The position numbers and the translations under genes are program-made. Below the pieces are notes generated by a model. The model did no database searches and was not told the origin of the DNA. It was given only the letters and a program-made list of their open reading frames with translations. A stretch of DNA of 61,503 nucleotides, filler included, from Choristocarpus tenellus KU-1152 (taxonomy: Eukaryota; Protista; Phaeophyceae): the NCBI GenBank assembly GCA_964200185.2. It is 11 parts of 11 records of this genome, joined end to end, with 100 filler letters (N's around TTAATTAATTAA, not from the genome) between each part and the next. Parts side by side here need not be neighbours in the genome. Positions count along the whole stretch, not along the records: positions 34,572 to 43,124 come from CAXNAD020004594.1; positions 43,225 to 48,660 come from CAXNAD020010782.1; positions 48,761 to 58,166 come from CAXNAD020003703.1; 8 more parts are not named here. One strand, 5' to 3'. This document shows positions 38,301 through 50,258 of the stretch, one piece after another. Numbering within the stretch: position 1 is the stretch's first letter; every line of letters begins with the position of its first letter.

Positions 38301-41300
38301 CGATTGTGTTCATCGTAACATACCTGATACAACCAAACATCAACTGACCAACTGTAGACCACTGGTGTGGCTGGCCCTTGCGTCGAAATGACGACTTGAA
38401 AAAATTGTTTTTTTTTCTTGCTAGTGCAAATGAGAAAGAAAAAAATAATCCAGGTTGGAATGCCCACTTTTACTTGGTGTGCCGCTTGGTTTTGGAAGGA
38501 TTTTGTGGTTTGTTGAGATGAGTACATTCAATTTTTTTTGTTTTTTTGCAACCTGTTGTTGTCTTGCTTGAAAGGTATCCTTGAATGTCTCCTCGAGCTT
38601 CTATATCAAACAAGTACAGTTACGTTTTCTCCCACTTTAAGATTTGACCGTGCTTTTATCCTCCTGTGCCTTTGCTCTTCCTGCACATTACCTATTGTTA
38701 TGCACTGTTTCCCTGCAGCACGCCATGTACGATACTTACAGTGTGTGTGTGTGTACTGGAGAAGGTGGTACATATTTGAATGTCAAGTCAGGAATGAAGA
38801 AAACATATCAGTCTTTTGTTTAATCTTTATTTTTCAATGTTCAACCTCTATGTGGTAGTAGTGCCATGTAGTACACATATGTGTATGTATATATATATAT
38901 ATATCAATGGCAGTATTACATATTGTAGTACTTCGCAAGTGACTGTGTCACCTTTTTATTTTCTGTTGACTTTCTTCTATGGTGTCCTTCTGTGGTTGAC
39001 AGAACAACTGGGCATACCAACATCGATCAAGACAACCAGCATCAAACCTAGTGGGACTGTGTCTCTCCTTGCAGGAGCAACACCAGGTGTGCCATAGTCC
39101 ACTTGGCCTCAATTTGACATTGTAGTACAGTAATGATGCATGGCGTTATCTGTCCCTATCCCTATTAAGCTATCAGGGTCATTGTGGGAGAGAGGTGGAG
39201 ATGTGAGGACCTGCTGTTTTCCTGGGGGTGACATGAGCGCACCTGACCTATTGAAACTACTTGTTTGAGACAGGTTTTTTCTGACACTTGCTCTCGGGTG
39301 GCTGTGTTTTAATGTGGATATTTTTATGGAGTAGTTGAGTGCTCACTTTTGACTGCAGATAGAAAACAGTGTGCTTTTCACCTTCAAGCAGACTTCTTTG
39401 ACTTTTTGTTTTTTTGTTTTTTTGAGGGACTTTTATTGTCGTGCCAAATGCAAATGAAATATTCAGCAATGTCTATCACAAATGGCCTATCTTCTCTAGC
39501 CTGTGGACCAAGAATGGTGCTGCAAGTCCTGGGTGTCTCAGGGCTGACATCAGTCTGATATTGGTGAAGTAGTGGATCAACCATATCAACAATTTAGAAC
39601 GGTTTATCTCAGAATCAACTCTTGGCAGACTAAATAATTCTGATTTATTGTCTGGGTCAGATCACATAATCACACAAAGGCACTTTGCAAAGGCAAAAAT
39701 AGTACCTTTGTTGAGGTGTGTATGGCCTCAGTGGAAAGAAAAATACTTGTGACTAAATACAATTCTGCTTGTATTGGTGCCAATTCAAATCTGAGAATTA
39801 AAAAGTAAGTGATTGCTTTCAAGTACTTGGACTATGAGTAGTGGGGTGGGGTACTGTAGGGTGGGTCAAGTATGACCAACAACAACGGCTAACAAACTAC
39901 TAGTATAGGTAGCATGCTCCTTGGATTCGCCTTGAGCTGTTTGTTACAGGTAGTGTTACAGGTGTTAAGATTCAATCACACGCTTTCTTAGGGTTAGGGC
40001 TAGTTTGCACGACCCGCAAGTGCTAATGATTCCAATTTCTGTTAATACTGTTATAGGTGATGCAGGAAGGGTGGAATCAAGACATTTGAATTTGTTCGTT
40101 TTGATCATCATTTACCTCATACCATACCCCAATGCCAGGGTACATCATGTTGTGAGAACATCCACCGACCTGCACTATGCAGTGTTGTTTAGAAATGGGG
40201 AGTGGATATATCTTTTACTATTTACACATGTAATGTCTGGTTGTGCTTGTCTCCCACCATTTCGAAGACTGCCTAGTCAGACCAATCACCTCACCTGCCT
40301 GTATGCATGCAAGGCCTTCAATGACCTACTTTAAACACTTGGTGGAAGTCCAGATGTGCTACTCCACCCTGTCTGAGTGCTTACAAAATCAAATCTTGCC
40401 ACTGTTGTTGGTAACACGGAGATAAGTCTATATGAGGTGATCTTTGTATTTCACCACTCTATTGGCAGGTAACACTGATAGAGGAGAACACAGAGGACAA
40501 CATGATATCTATCACAAACCCCCCTCAGTTTGTAACAAGCCTAAACAAGTCTTACTACCCTTGAGTCTCACATGTTCCCTTTTTTTCTCCAGGAATGCAC
40601 TACCCGGAGTCCAGGTTCTACCTCCGAAGAGTGAGGCTTTCAGCTGACTCCGACCTTATCCCTACTCTACAAGAAGCCGGCTATAGGTAGGGTCTGGCAC
40701 ACAGAATACGATTGAAACCTCCAACAGAACATTCTGAGACTCTGATCTAAGAATATGTGCTGGGAGTGGATTGAGACATAAAGGAGGTGAAGGGTGTTAG
40801 GTTCAACCTATGTCAAGCTGATTTCTCCAGGAAAAGCGAGCCTCACACAATCCAGATCATTAAAGATAACTTTTATCTCTGGGCACTTATTGTGTATCAA
40901 CTTGTGTGTGTGTGAATTGAGTGCAGAACTGGTACACATAGAGAATGTTGATGTTATCTGCCTCTCTATAACCCATTTGGACAATAGTGATGATAAAAAT
41001 GTCCCTCCACATATCAATTCATTTCCTGTGATGTATGACGTTACACAAATTGACCAAAACATCACCGTGAAACCCGAGATCGTTTTCCATTTTTGTGGCG
41101 TTACTGTGATATGTCAATGCAGTGTCATTGCAGAAATATTCCATACTACCAAGGCTCCAAATGTCTCTTTTGTATCGCAATTTCTGTTCAAGACCAATTC
41201 ACAGTAAAATCCCCTTAATAGGCTGTCAACATGGTCCCCACTTCACCTTGCAGTTCTCAATGCTTTGTAAGGTGTTACTCACACATTTTTTCTTGTTGTA

Positions 41301-42731
41301 TTGCGTGGACCATACCATTTTACTATGCTGGGTGTGGTCTTTGCTGATTGTGAGAGCTCATGTTTGACAAATAACGCACACCTGTGGCACTGGGTAATAC
41401 TTCAAAATAGTACTGTAGATTTAAGAGAGAAGTTGTGAGAGATCATCCCTGCTGCGTCTTGGTTGTTATTTATGCGAATTTGTTGCTGGTAGAAACCCTT
41501 CAGGATAATCATGTTCGCTTCAGATTTATGTTTCACTCCTCAAGGTGCATACTGGCTATCATGCAGTAAGATATAATTATGTTCCCTCCCTCCAGAGACA
41601 GAAGACTTGAGGATGGCATCCTTCCCCCCTGCGTGCTTCCCTTAACAAAGTCTCTAGTCAACAATATAATAGTGACAAGGAAAAAACACTGTTGGCAAGT
41701 ACTCCAAGCGCAGGTATTTGGTTGAAACCACTCCAAACAAATCCATGTCTTGCTTCCTTGTCCTGCTTGCTCATGCCTTCTCACCATCCTCATCTGCAAA
41801 CACACAAAAAGTATTGAAGCATCAACTACTGATCCAGAGGGCACTGTTGTTGTGAAGATACCAGTGGATGTGGGTGAGGGTGTCCGCACTGTGGAGGAGG
41901 TGTCAATGTGGGAACAGCTCAGCTTTGCTGCGTTCCTGCAACGATTTTGGGCTGACAATCAGGTGAGCTTTAGTATTTTTCCTTTCCCTTGTTTTTTTTT
42001 TGGTGTGTGTGAGAGTGCGTGCACCTGTTGTCCCTAGTAATTTAGGTGGGGCATAGAAAGTTGTGCAGGCGACTGCTGACTTCTTGTGAATGTCCCTTTC
42101 ACTGTAAGAACAGCCAATTTCCTTATTATTTTTCTTTTCGGGGTTGGGTTTGTTTCCTGCGATGGAGAGGTCTACCGATTCCCTCGCTGTGTTAAATACA
42201 ATGCTTGAAGTTATTTATGTACTTTTGTTTGTCAAAAAAAGTTGCTGCTACGTACAGAGGCCATTATACTTCGAACTGAGAAGGGCTCCAAATGACTACA
42301 GTGCATCAGAGTGAGTGCCCCAGAGTACATGCTATTGTACTGAAGTCATGAGGCAAAGGGAATTGGGTGATAGGATTTGAAAGAGATCACTACTCGCCTT
42401 TTGTTCCCTGTCTTCTCCTTCACACAAAGTGGATACACATATGGTCGCCAGACATTGTTTTTCTCTTTTCCTAGATACTCCGAGTGATGGGCAAACTGTT
42501 TGTGCAGGTTGATTTTCTCTGTGGAGTTGAATCTGATTTGATCAAGTTCATGCGTCAGTCTCGCTGGCCTTTCCTCTGAGCCGTTGCACTTGTATCCCTC
42601 AGGTCAGCTGCACTGTAACATTCGACCCAGACAAGGAAGGTCCTCATCTCACACATGCACTTGATTATTTCCAGTACCAACTCAAGGGGGTCAGCTTCCT
42701 GCCCCGCATTAACTATGGGGCATTTCCACAG
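35381..42731 (+). CDS. nrdJ: Adenosylcobalamin-dependent class II ribonucleotide reductase (monomeric RTPR/NrdJ type), C-terminal half; exons 35381-35476, 36976-37082, 39003-39086, 40593-40686, 41812-41962, 42603-42731
   Basis: Six exons splice in consistent phase (five GT-AG introns) into 220 aa without stops: YAFLYAKTVTLGATHWPQTNNVMLRNRRIGCSMSGLAQF...SIKTTSIKPSGTVSLLAGATPGMHYPESRFYLRRVRL...VSMWEQLSFAAFLQRFWADNQVSCTVTFDP...QYQLKGVSFLPR..GAFPQ. These motifs are characteristic of RTPR-type NrdJ. Confidence 0.93.
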
Positions 42732-43067
42732 GTTTGTGTCACCAAGAACAATAGTGCTACATTTCTGTACCTTACTCCCCTTAGATGATGCTTAGTGGGT
42801 TCAGTGTGCCAGAAGAGAGCTGCGTCCCTTGCGCTATTTGCTTGCACATCTCAGAATTTAATTATGTAGATTGCGTGATGGAATGTACCAAGGCAGCATG
42901 TTGAGATACAGAGAGACATGGATTTCAAAATATCCAAGCACGATCATGATCTGTGAATTGCCAGAAAACTTGCAGCAATGATGGTCATACATGACCAGTA
43001 TCCAAATTTTACTCTTGTATTTTCGTTTTTTGATCTTTGTCACTCTTCTGGGTTGCACTGTTGTATC

Positions 43068-43098
<31 letters not shown>

Positions 43099-43224
43099 GT
43101 TCTGTTGGGCTGTTTTTCGTGGGGNNNNNNNNNNNNNNNNNNNNNNNNNNNNNNNNNNNNNNNNNNNNTTAATTAATTAANNNNNNNNNNNNNNNNNNNN
43201 NNNNNNNNNNNNNNNNNNNNNNNN

Positions 43225-43433
43225 TGCTTGGTGTCAGTAGAGTGATTGATTAAATTTAAGTGGGGCATGCAAGTCCCCATAAAATCAGAAATATTTCCTT
43301 TTATATGAGAAAGATTATCATTCAACTAATCACTAGTAAAAGGTTCTGATAATTCAACCACTAATTGATTGTTTCGTTACTCTGTAACTGTCGACGTAAC
43401 TGTCCGATAGAGTTGGAAGAGTCTAATCGAACA
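43225..43433 (-). mobile_element. Partial LTR of the Copia family at 50259
   Basis: Reverse-complement match to 50259-50469; homology stops exactly at the TGTTCGATTAG terminus. Confidence 0.8.
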
Positions 43434-43552
43434 TCTTGGAGCCTTGACACTTTTACAGAGGGCATAATAATAAAATAATATTTGTAGTTTCTGAATCTCA
43501 CATTTGAACAAGTTATTCACAAAAAAACGAAACGATAGAGAGTTATGGGATA

Positions 43553-45251
43553 TAGTGTTTGTTGGCAGTCGCCTCTAGGACAAAACCGGCCTGGATTAAT
43601 TTCGAGGTGATGCAAGGCGTCGTGTTCGGTGATCAGTACGCCAAATTAAAGCTGAGATAAAATACGGTCGATTGGGGCAAAGAAATCTGGTCGCAAATTA
43701 CTGTTACAGGCGCCCCTCAGAACTCACCTCCACAGGATGTACAACCCAAATCCAACGACCTTAAAACGACGCTATGGGGGTGCTGCCTCTTACGACGGGT
43801 TGTATGGTGTCAGGTAGTCTTTCTCTAGATACTCCACTCAATGCTTAGCTCAAAGCTTGACTCAATGTTTCGTTCAAAGATAAAAGACTGGGCCATAAGG
43901 GAGGTAAAAAGTGTGTTACCACTAAAAAGCTCTCTTATTATTTTCATCATCCACCCAATTTGGTTGGTCTTCTATCAACTACTCTATAGGTACTCCAATC
44001 AAAAGCCTTTGTTCTTGAACTTCTTAGTGACTTTGACATTTTCCTCTGTAATGTTAAGTAGGTATTCCGAATCTTACTCTGCGTCTTCTCAAAATAATAA
44101 CTTGTTTTGTAAGGCTACCTATGTGTTACTAATATCGTATATAGTCCGTATTTGTCAGAACTCGAGAAACAATCCTCACACTGTACATCTGTTACAAATG
44201 TTCGTATTTCCTAAACCATGAGGATAAAATGCTCGCGCTATTCGCGAGTAACAAATGCTCGAACTTCGTTGAAATACAAGAAGAAACGCTTGCGCTATTC
44301 GCCTGTAACATTACTTTGTGTTGAGTTAGTAGTAAATGCCGAACGGTTTGGGTGAATTGCAAAAAATAATGAATTTCGCTGAAAATCATCTTATGATTTT
44401 TTTTCCGACCAGATTTCTTTGCACCAATCGATGCTTATAATCTCAACTTTAATTTGATGAACTGATCACCGATCAGGATGCCTACATCACCCCAAATTTT
44501 TATCAAGACCTGTGATGCTATCATAAAGGTGACTGTTAACAATATACTGTGCGAGGCTTTCGGAGCTTGACCTTCACGCGCAGTTCACTACAACAAAGTA
44601 GATTGTCCACGCAGAACTCGGCACAATGGCTGTGGAAGCCCCACTGTCGAAGGACATGCTGGATATCATGGTGCGGTCTCTACCTCCAGGTTTCAAGTTT
44701 CATAGACGTCGAAAGAAGAGGTTGGGCAAAGCGCTGGTGATTGCCGTGTGTGTCGCGAAGGGGACTCGCGCTTGATCGAGTGGACCAGTCAATCACTGCG
44801 GAACCAGAAATCAAAGAGGAGTCACGACTACAAGAGAGAGATTGTATTCTTGGTCAAGCTCGATGATGAGGGCTGGCTGACTGGTTGCAGTCTGATGAGC
44901 TTTTACACATAACAGTGGAGCTACAATAACAATGAAGAGTCCAGGGTTGCACACAAACAGATAAGACATGGAGGATCACGACTCTTCTTTTCCGTGGAAA
45001 AAGTCGTCCTTGGCAGAGGAGAAAAAGCCCTCCAAACCATATACTGGACAACGGACGGACGGATGTCTAAGTAAGTTGACGTTAGTGAGGAAAATCGCCC
45101 TCTCGCCCATCGCACCACAACATACTCAACTTATCTACTAATTTTAGGATTGATTCAAGGGTCACATCAGGCTTTATTTTGACGAAAAACTCCACCCCGA
45201 TCAAAAGTTAGAGCAGGACAAATTCCGTCCTAGAGGCGACTGCCAACACTA
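43553..45251. mobile_element. Non-autonomous ITm-type composite element(s) with TAGTGTTGGCAGTCGCCTCTAGGAC TIRs and TA flanks
   Basis: Left end at 43553 and inverted right end at 45251, both next to TA. Internal inverted arm 44400-44545 pairs with 43553-43700. TIR is shared with the transposase-bearing family. Confidence 0.7.
43702..44310 (+). mobile_element. 609-bp solo LTR-like (or Ginger-like) insertion with 11-bp terminal inverted repeat and 4-bp TSD
   Basis: TTAC|TGTTACAGGCG...CGCCTGTAACA|TTAC; second copy begins at 16558. Confidence 0.85.
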
Positions 45252-45259
45252 TAGAAGGA

Positions 45260-45720
45260 GTGTTAGGTGGGAATGATGGATCCAATTGCAATTCTTATTA
45301 ATATTATCCCTCTAACATTTTCCAAGTGTTTCAGGAGAAAAACCAATGAAAACCACTCGAACGCCAGAACAACCCCTAAAAAATTAATAGTTGTCCTAAA
45401 TGTTAAAGAATGTTTTCTATCATCTACTTTCTCTGTTCTTCGTACTGAAGGAGAGCCAGAAGACCAACAACAGGAGGCAAGGAAAAGGAGAGAGACAAGA
45501 CAAGAGGGCCAGCACACCCTCAGTACATCACTCAGGAAAAGAGTGAACAAGTGATAAAGTAAACGAGGGGGTTTGTAGGGTCCCCTTAAACCACCCCCTA
45601 TTTACTTCAAGGAGATGTCACCTTCAACATTCAAAAACAAATGTCATACGAATATCGGATTCTTAAAAGATAGGTTACCTTCAAGGTATACCTTCTTTGG
45701 AAGATAACTCTCACACTACA
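45260..45720 (+). mobile_element. Solo LTR-like repeat (TG...CA)
   Basis: Starts TGTTAGG and ends CTACA; 3' half is homologous to 15320-15580; no clear TSD. Confidence 0.55.
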
Positions 45721-47933
45721 CCCTACATTTTTTTTGTTATGCTTCTTCTTTTCTTCTTATCTTCTGTTCTTCTTCTTCTTTCTTCGAGGGACGGACTAAA
45801 TAATACACTTGCTAAATACTATTGTGGTTTCACTTTGATTTAACTTACCCTACCATAACATACTTCCCCCATACCCCACACATTTTTGTCTCACCGGTTA
45901 TTCAATATGACAATGACCCAGGAAAACGTCAAAGAATACAAATATTACTGACAAGATATCTACGAAGATGTGTCTCTCAACACTTTTAGCATGATGACCA
46001 CTTCAACACCACTTCATTCCTTTGACAGAGAGTGTCGCATGTCTTTCCGTCCAATTTGTCTCCTATTTACCATCATTTGAATGGATTATTGCTCTTTACT
46101 CTTTCTCTCCTTCTCAATAAGCGTACGAGTTATGGTGGCAATTTGGGAGACACTCTAATGGTTTTCTGATTCGAGGATGTCACTTCACCACCTACTACGG
46201 GATGGATTGAACCAGAGAGGTACTAATAGTACACACCTGTTATATGTGCCAAATGTGAGGAGAATATCATGTTCCTCGTTGTTACGAAGGGAAGCATATT
46301 GTACTTCTTCAGTGAAGCCATATATGGGATCACCCACACCTTTTTGCCCCTAGTATGGAGTAGCAAAGGACTCACAGGTATGCTCGCTGCTTTTGAGGCC
46401 TCTGCAGTAATATGCTCATCCCGCCTTGCACCTCTTCACACCATGTCGCTACATCCATCATCTCCCACCCCACTCCCTTCAATCTTCACTCTTACAAGCT
46501 GCATCGCAGCAATAGATAAGATACGACATCGGGTAGGTTACCGTACCACCGGAAGATCGTTTTTGATCCCTTTCCCTGTGATGATATGCTCATGAACGAC
46601 CTTTGGCAGGACGTCAAGTGGGAATCGTTGCGGCCATCAATCCAATGGCTCAATTCCTCATCAGCCCGTCTTTGTGCTCCTTAGCTGACCGGTATAAAAT
46701 TCATAAAAAGGTTTGAGGTTGTGGAGGGTTGGCTGGGGTTGCATTGATCATGTACCCATTCCGCCTATCAACGACCAGAATATGGACAGCAATCTGTTTA
46801 AGGAAAACGTATGCAGTTACAATGCGTTGAAGACATGCTGTGATTCCGCCATCTACACTTCCATAATGCTGGTGTGTAGGATACACGGAGTACGATCATG
46901 TCTTCTGTCTAGTTCTTGTCTCACCTCGCATTTCATCCTCAGTGCAAGATGTTAGGACCTGACCACCTGGCTGTGACAGGCAGCAAGCTGAGCCAACAAA
47001 TAGCCTATGACCTTTTCGCTTCGAAAATATCACATGTTACTACCATGTGGATCACCATGCGCATCGGGTCTGTAATCTCTCTCTACTCTTGTCCCTTGTG
47101 CTTGCCTTTTTGATTTCAGATGCTCCGTACGTGTCTCTTGCTTTGGGGTATCATGTGCATACCCGTGATCTTTGTAGGAAGTTTCTCAGCCGTGGCTTTG
47201 ATAGAAACTGCATCAGGGGTGTCTAGCTGTCCTGTCTTCAGCCTCATAAACACGTGCGTTGTCAAAGTGTACGGAGCAAAAGGGTGAGGAAAACTTACAT
47301 TTCACGTGTAAGAGCAACGGGGCACGTATCATCCTGCTTGCAATCGAATTCGTTTTCTCTCACTATGTCGATATGAGGTCATGATCCAGCAATGGGAAAT
47401 CATGTGTGGTCACTGACCTTGGGCTGCGAACTCATTGTGGCAAGAAGAGAGTCTGTGTGAGCGAACCATTGTGGAATCAAAGTCCACCTCCTCCCTATAC
47501 AGAGTTCTTCCTAATATACTTTGCAGCAAACATATACCTTGCTGAGAAGATTGGATTGGGAAACTACGACTCAACTTGAGAAACACTTCGAAAACATAGG
47601 ACGATGCCTTGCATTTTTATAATATGGTAAATCCATTGTTGTATATCCATATCATCGTATTTTTGGGGGAATTGTCTGCCGGGGACATTGTGCATAAATC
47701 ATGTGCTGCTCATAGCTCGCACACACCATACCACTGTGGAGTATTTGGGAGGGACAAACCCCCTGGTTCATCAACAGCAATCTGATTAATATTTAGGGTT
47801 GGGCTGCCTTCCTTTTTTATCAACTCTCGTGATCCGAGGTTTTGCTTATAATTTGGCCTTTGCAATACAGCACAGTATTTTGTGCTACATGCCTTACTGC
47901 TGCCAATTCCATTGGTCGTTATTCCAACCTGAG

Positions 47934-48660
47934 CTGTATGCCTATAACCTTCCTTCTAATGATAGATACCCAGTCCATCGTACATGGGGGGCAATCGGGG
48001 GGGGAGTTTTTGCACTTGCTTCAGGGATCGTTGCTGGCACCAAGGCAGGGTTCACTGGTGTTCTGATTGTCTTTGCGGGACTAACAATTGTTGTGTTTTT
48101 TTGTGTGGGTTTCTTCCCGGAAGACAACATGCACTACCATGAGCAGCCAGACACTGAGGATTATCACAGGTATGAGGTATTTGATCAGGTGCAGAAGGCA
48201 TTTTTGAGTCATCTTTGCCCTCCTTGGACCGAATGGAATATGTTATTTTGTCGTTGTTATTTAGAGTTTTTGACTGTAGGTTGTTACTTGTACAATGAAA
48301 CTTGTGTGTTTTGCTACTGCCTGGGCAACAAACTATACCCCCAAACACGTAACAAGACCAGCTCTTCACAAATGTGCATAATTTTGGAGAGGATATAGTG
48401 AACGGTATATTTCATTTATATTTTTATCACCAAGTGTCAAATTCCTATTTATTACTTCTGCTCCATCAATGATGCATACAATACAATTCCAATGCAACTT
48501 TGATATATGACTATAGGCCCAATCCAATTTTTCCATTTCCCTCTCTACCAGGAATGCTGTGGGAACACGCTTCGGTACTTCATCCTCCACCCCGACATCT
48601 TTGCCTCCCACGCCAGTTGATTTTGTGGCAACAGAGGTGGAGGAGAATGACCCTGCAGTG
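47934..48660 (+). CDS. MFS transporter (MFSD6/MFS_1_like), internal exons about 47934-48169 and 48552 to beyond 48660
   Basis: DRYPVHRTWGAIGGGVFALASGIVAG + hydrophobic helix resembles the YGxxRLWGAxG motif. Donor CACAG|gtatga joins in phase to accag|GAATGCT (RNAVGTRF...). The 5' acceptor is uncertain. Confidence 0.65.
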
Positions 48661-48760
48661 NNNNNNNNNNNNNNNNNNNNNNNNNNNNNNNNNNNNNNNN
48701 NNNNTTAATTAATTAANNNNNNNNNNNNNNNNNNNNNNNNNNNNNNNNNNNNNNNNNNNN

Positions 48761-49100
48761 CCATTGTCATCTCCATGTCACTTGTGGAAGGTCAATGAAA
48801 AAGCTCTCGTGCTTTTTGAAGAAGTACGGGATGCAAAGCTTCCATCCAATCGAGCTACCCTCCAGATGCTAGGACGGAAGGCGAGAGATGAGCTCCTCAG
48901 GAGTGTGAAGTCCGACGAAGAACGCCAGCGGCTCAACGAATTCAACGCAAGCGAACACTAGGTAACAAATTTTGTCATCCACAACAATCTCAAAAGTGTT
49001 CTACTCCACGGTGAAGCGGGCAGCGTCGACGAAGACTTCTATTGCAGATGGAATGGCGACTGTCTGCAAAGAGTGCGAAAATCAAAAATGGAATGGATCA
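48761..49100 (+). mobile_element. Degenerate pogo/Tigger-like transposase, CENP-B HTH region
   Basis: VNEKALVLFEEVRDAKLP...LQMLGRKAR...FNASEH*VTNFVIHNNLKSVLLHGEAGSV matches the FxASxGWxxxF...LHGE motif; internal stop. Confidence 0.8.
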
Positions 49101-49325
49101 AGGCCGACTCGAGGAAAAAAACAGTACAGAGTGACATTCGTCGTTTCTCTTGATGTGCTTGGCATGTACTTTCGTCTTGAGGTTGCGTCACAGTAAGATT
49201 ACGCCAGNNNNNNNNNNTATTCTCTTTCCTTATGGCGAGGCGGGAGATTCGCATTAACACATAAACATCATTAATAAAAAGCGCTCGTAATCTTTTCCAT
49301 CCTATCCATGAAGCTTATGCTTCAT

Positions 49326-49620
49326 TTTCCAGCTCGTCACGATTAATTAGTCGCTTCAACAATTGCTTCGACGATTGATTTCCCAGCTCACCACGATTAA
49401 TTAGTCGATTCGACGATTGATTTCCCAGCTTGTCACGATTAATTAGTCGATTCCACGATTGATTTCCCAGCTCGCCACGATTAATTAGTCGATTCAACAA
49501 TTGATTTCACAGCTCACCACGATTAGTTGGTCACTTCGACGATTAATTTCACAACTCACCACGAATTAATTTCCCAGGAATGGCCACAATTGTTAGTCGA
49601 TTCAACGATTGATTTCCCAA
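49326..49620. repeat. 42-bp minisatellite, about 6-7 imperfect copies
   Basis: Unit ttcccagctcaccacgattaattagtcgattcgacgattgat. Confidence 0.9.
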
Positions 49621-50049
49621 AATACGATTTTGTACCACATCAATTTTGTTCCTCTTTTTTTGGGCATGCTCATGGGTGAACAAAATCGGGGCACCTACTG
49701 TATAGAGATACTTAAACGAAAAACAGTTGGGAGATATGTATTGGTCAGAAAACAAATCCAGAACAAACCAAAAAGGAAATACGACCTATCTCCTATATAC
49801 AAAAATAAGCCATTATTCCTTGGTAAGATGTATGTATTACATGTTCAACATTCATTCTAGACAATCTAGACATGTCTGACAGGACAAAAAAGAGGACCAA
49901 ATCTTGATAGTAGATCATTGAGTGAAGTCAGCAGAAAGAAGGAATAACTAGAGAGAAAAACCTTGGAAGGGTAGATCTATCAGCCAAGTCCATATTATTA
50001 CACGTGGCTGGTAGCTGTTTCAACCTCAATCAGTGGTATGTTCGGTGTC

Positions 50050-50258
50050 TATGAAGAATTTACCTCCATCCTCCACACATCTTTCCACCTGAGTGGAAGT
50101 GAAACCTTCTGATGACCAACTGCATTGTCGACAGCATGGAGGTCATCTTGAAGGCACCACCACCAACTCTTCTTTGGACCTCCCTTTTCTCTATTTTCGG
50201 TTTCTGAGTGGTAAGTTCTCCGAGCATCATCATCTATATATCCACAACATGAAACCTG
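50050..50258 (-). mobile_element. LINE (RTE-like) ORF C-terminal remnant
   Basis: EKGGPKKSWWWCLQDDLHAV resembles the G(G/R)xxKxWxxCLxDDL motif downstream of the RT domain; interrupted by the LTR at 50259. Confidence 0.45.

Noticed and set aside
35381-42731. Bacterial or phage contamination as the source of nrdJ
   Set aside because: The gene is split by five long GT-AG introns containing host-type microsatellites and TTAGGG tracts.
49326-49620. 42-bp repeats with a palindromic core (attaattagtcga) resembling a CRISPR array
   Set aside because: Units are contiguous with no unique spacers, there are no cas genes, and the context is eukaryotic: an ordinary minisatellite.
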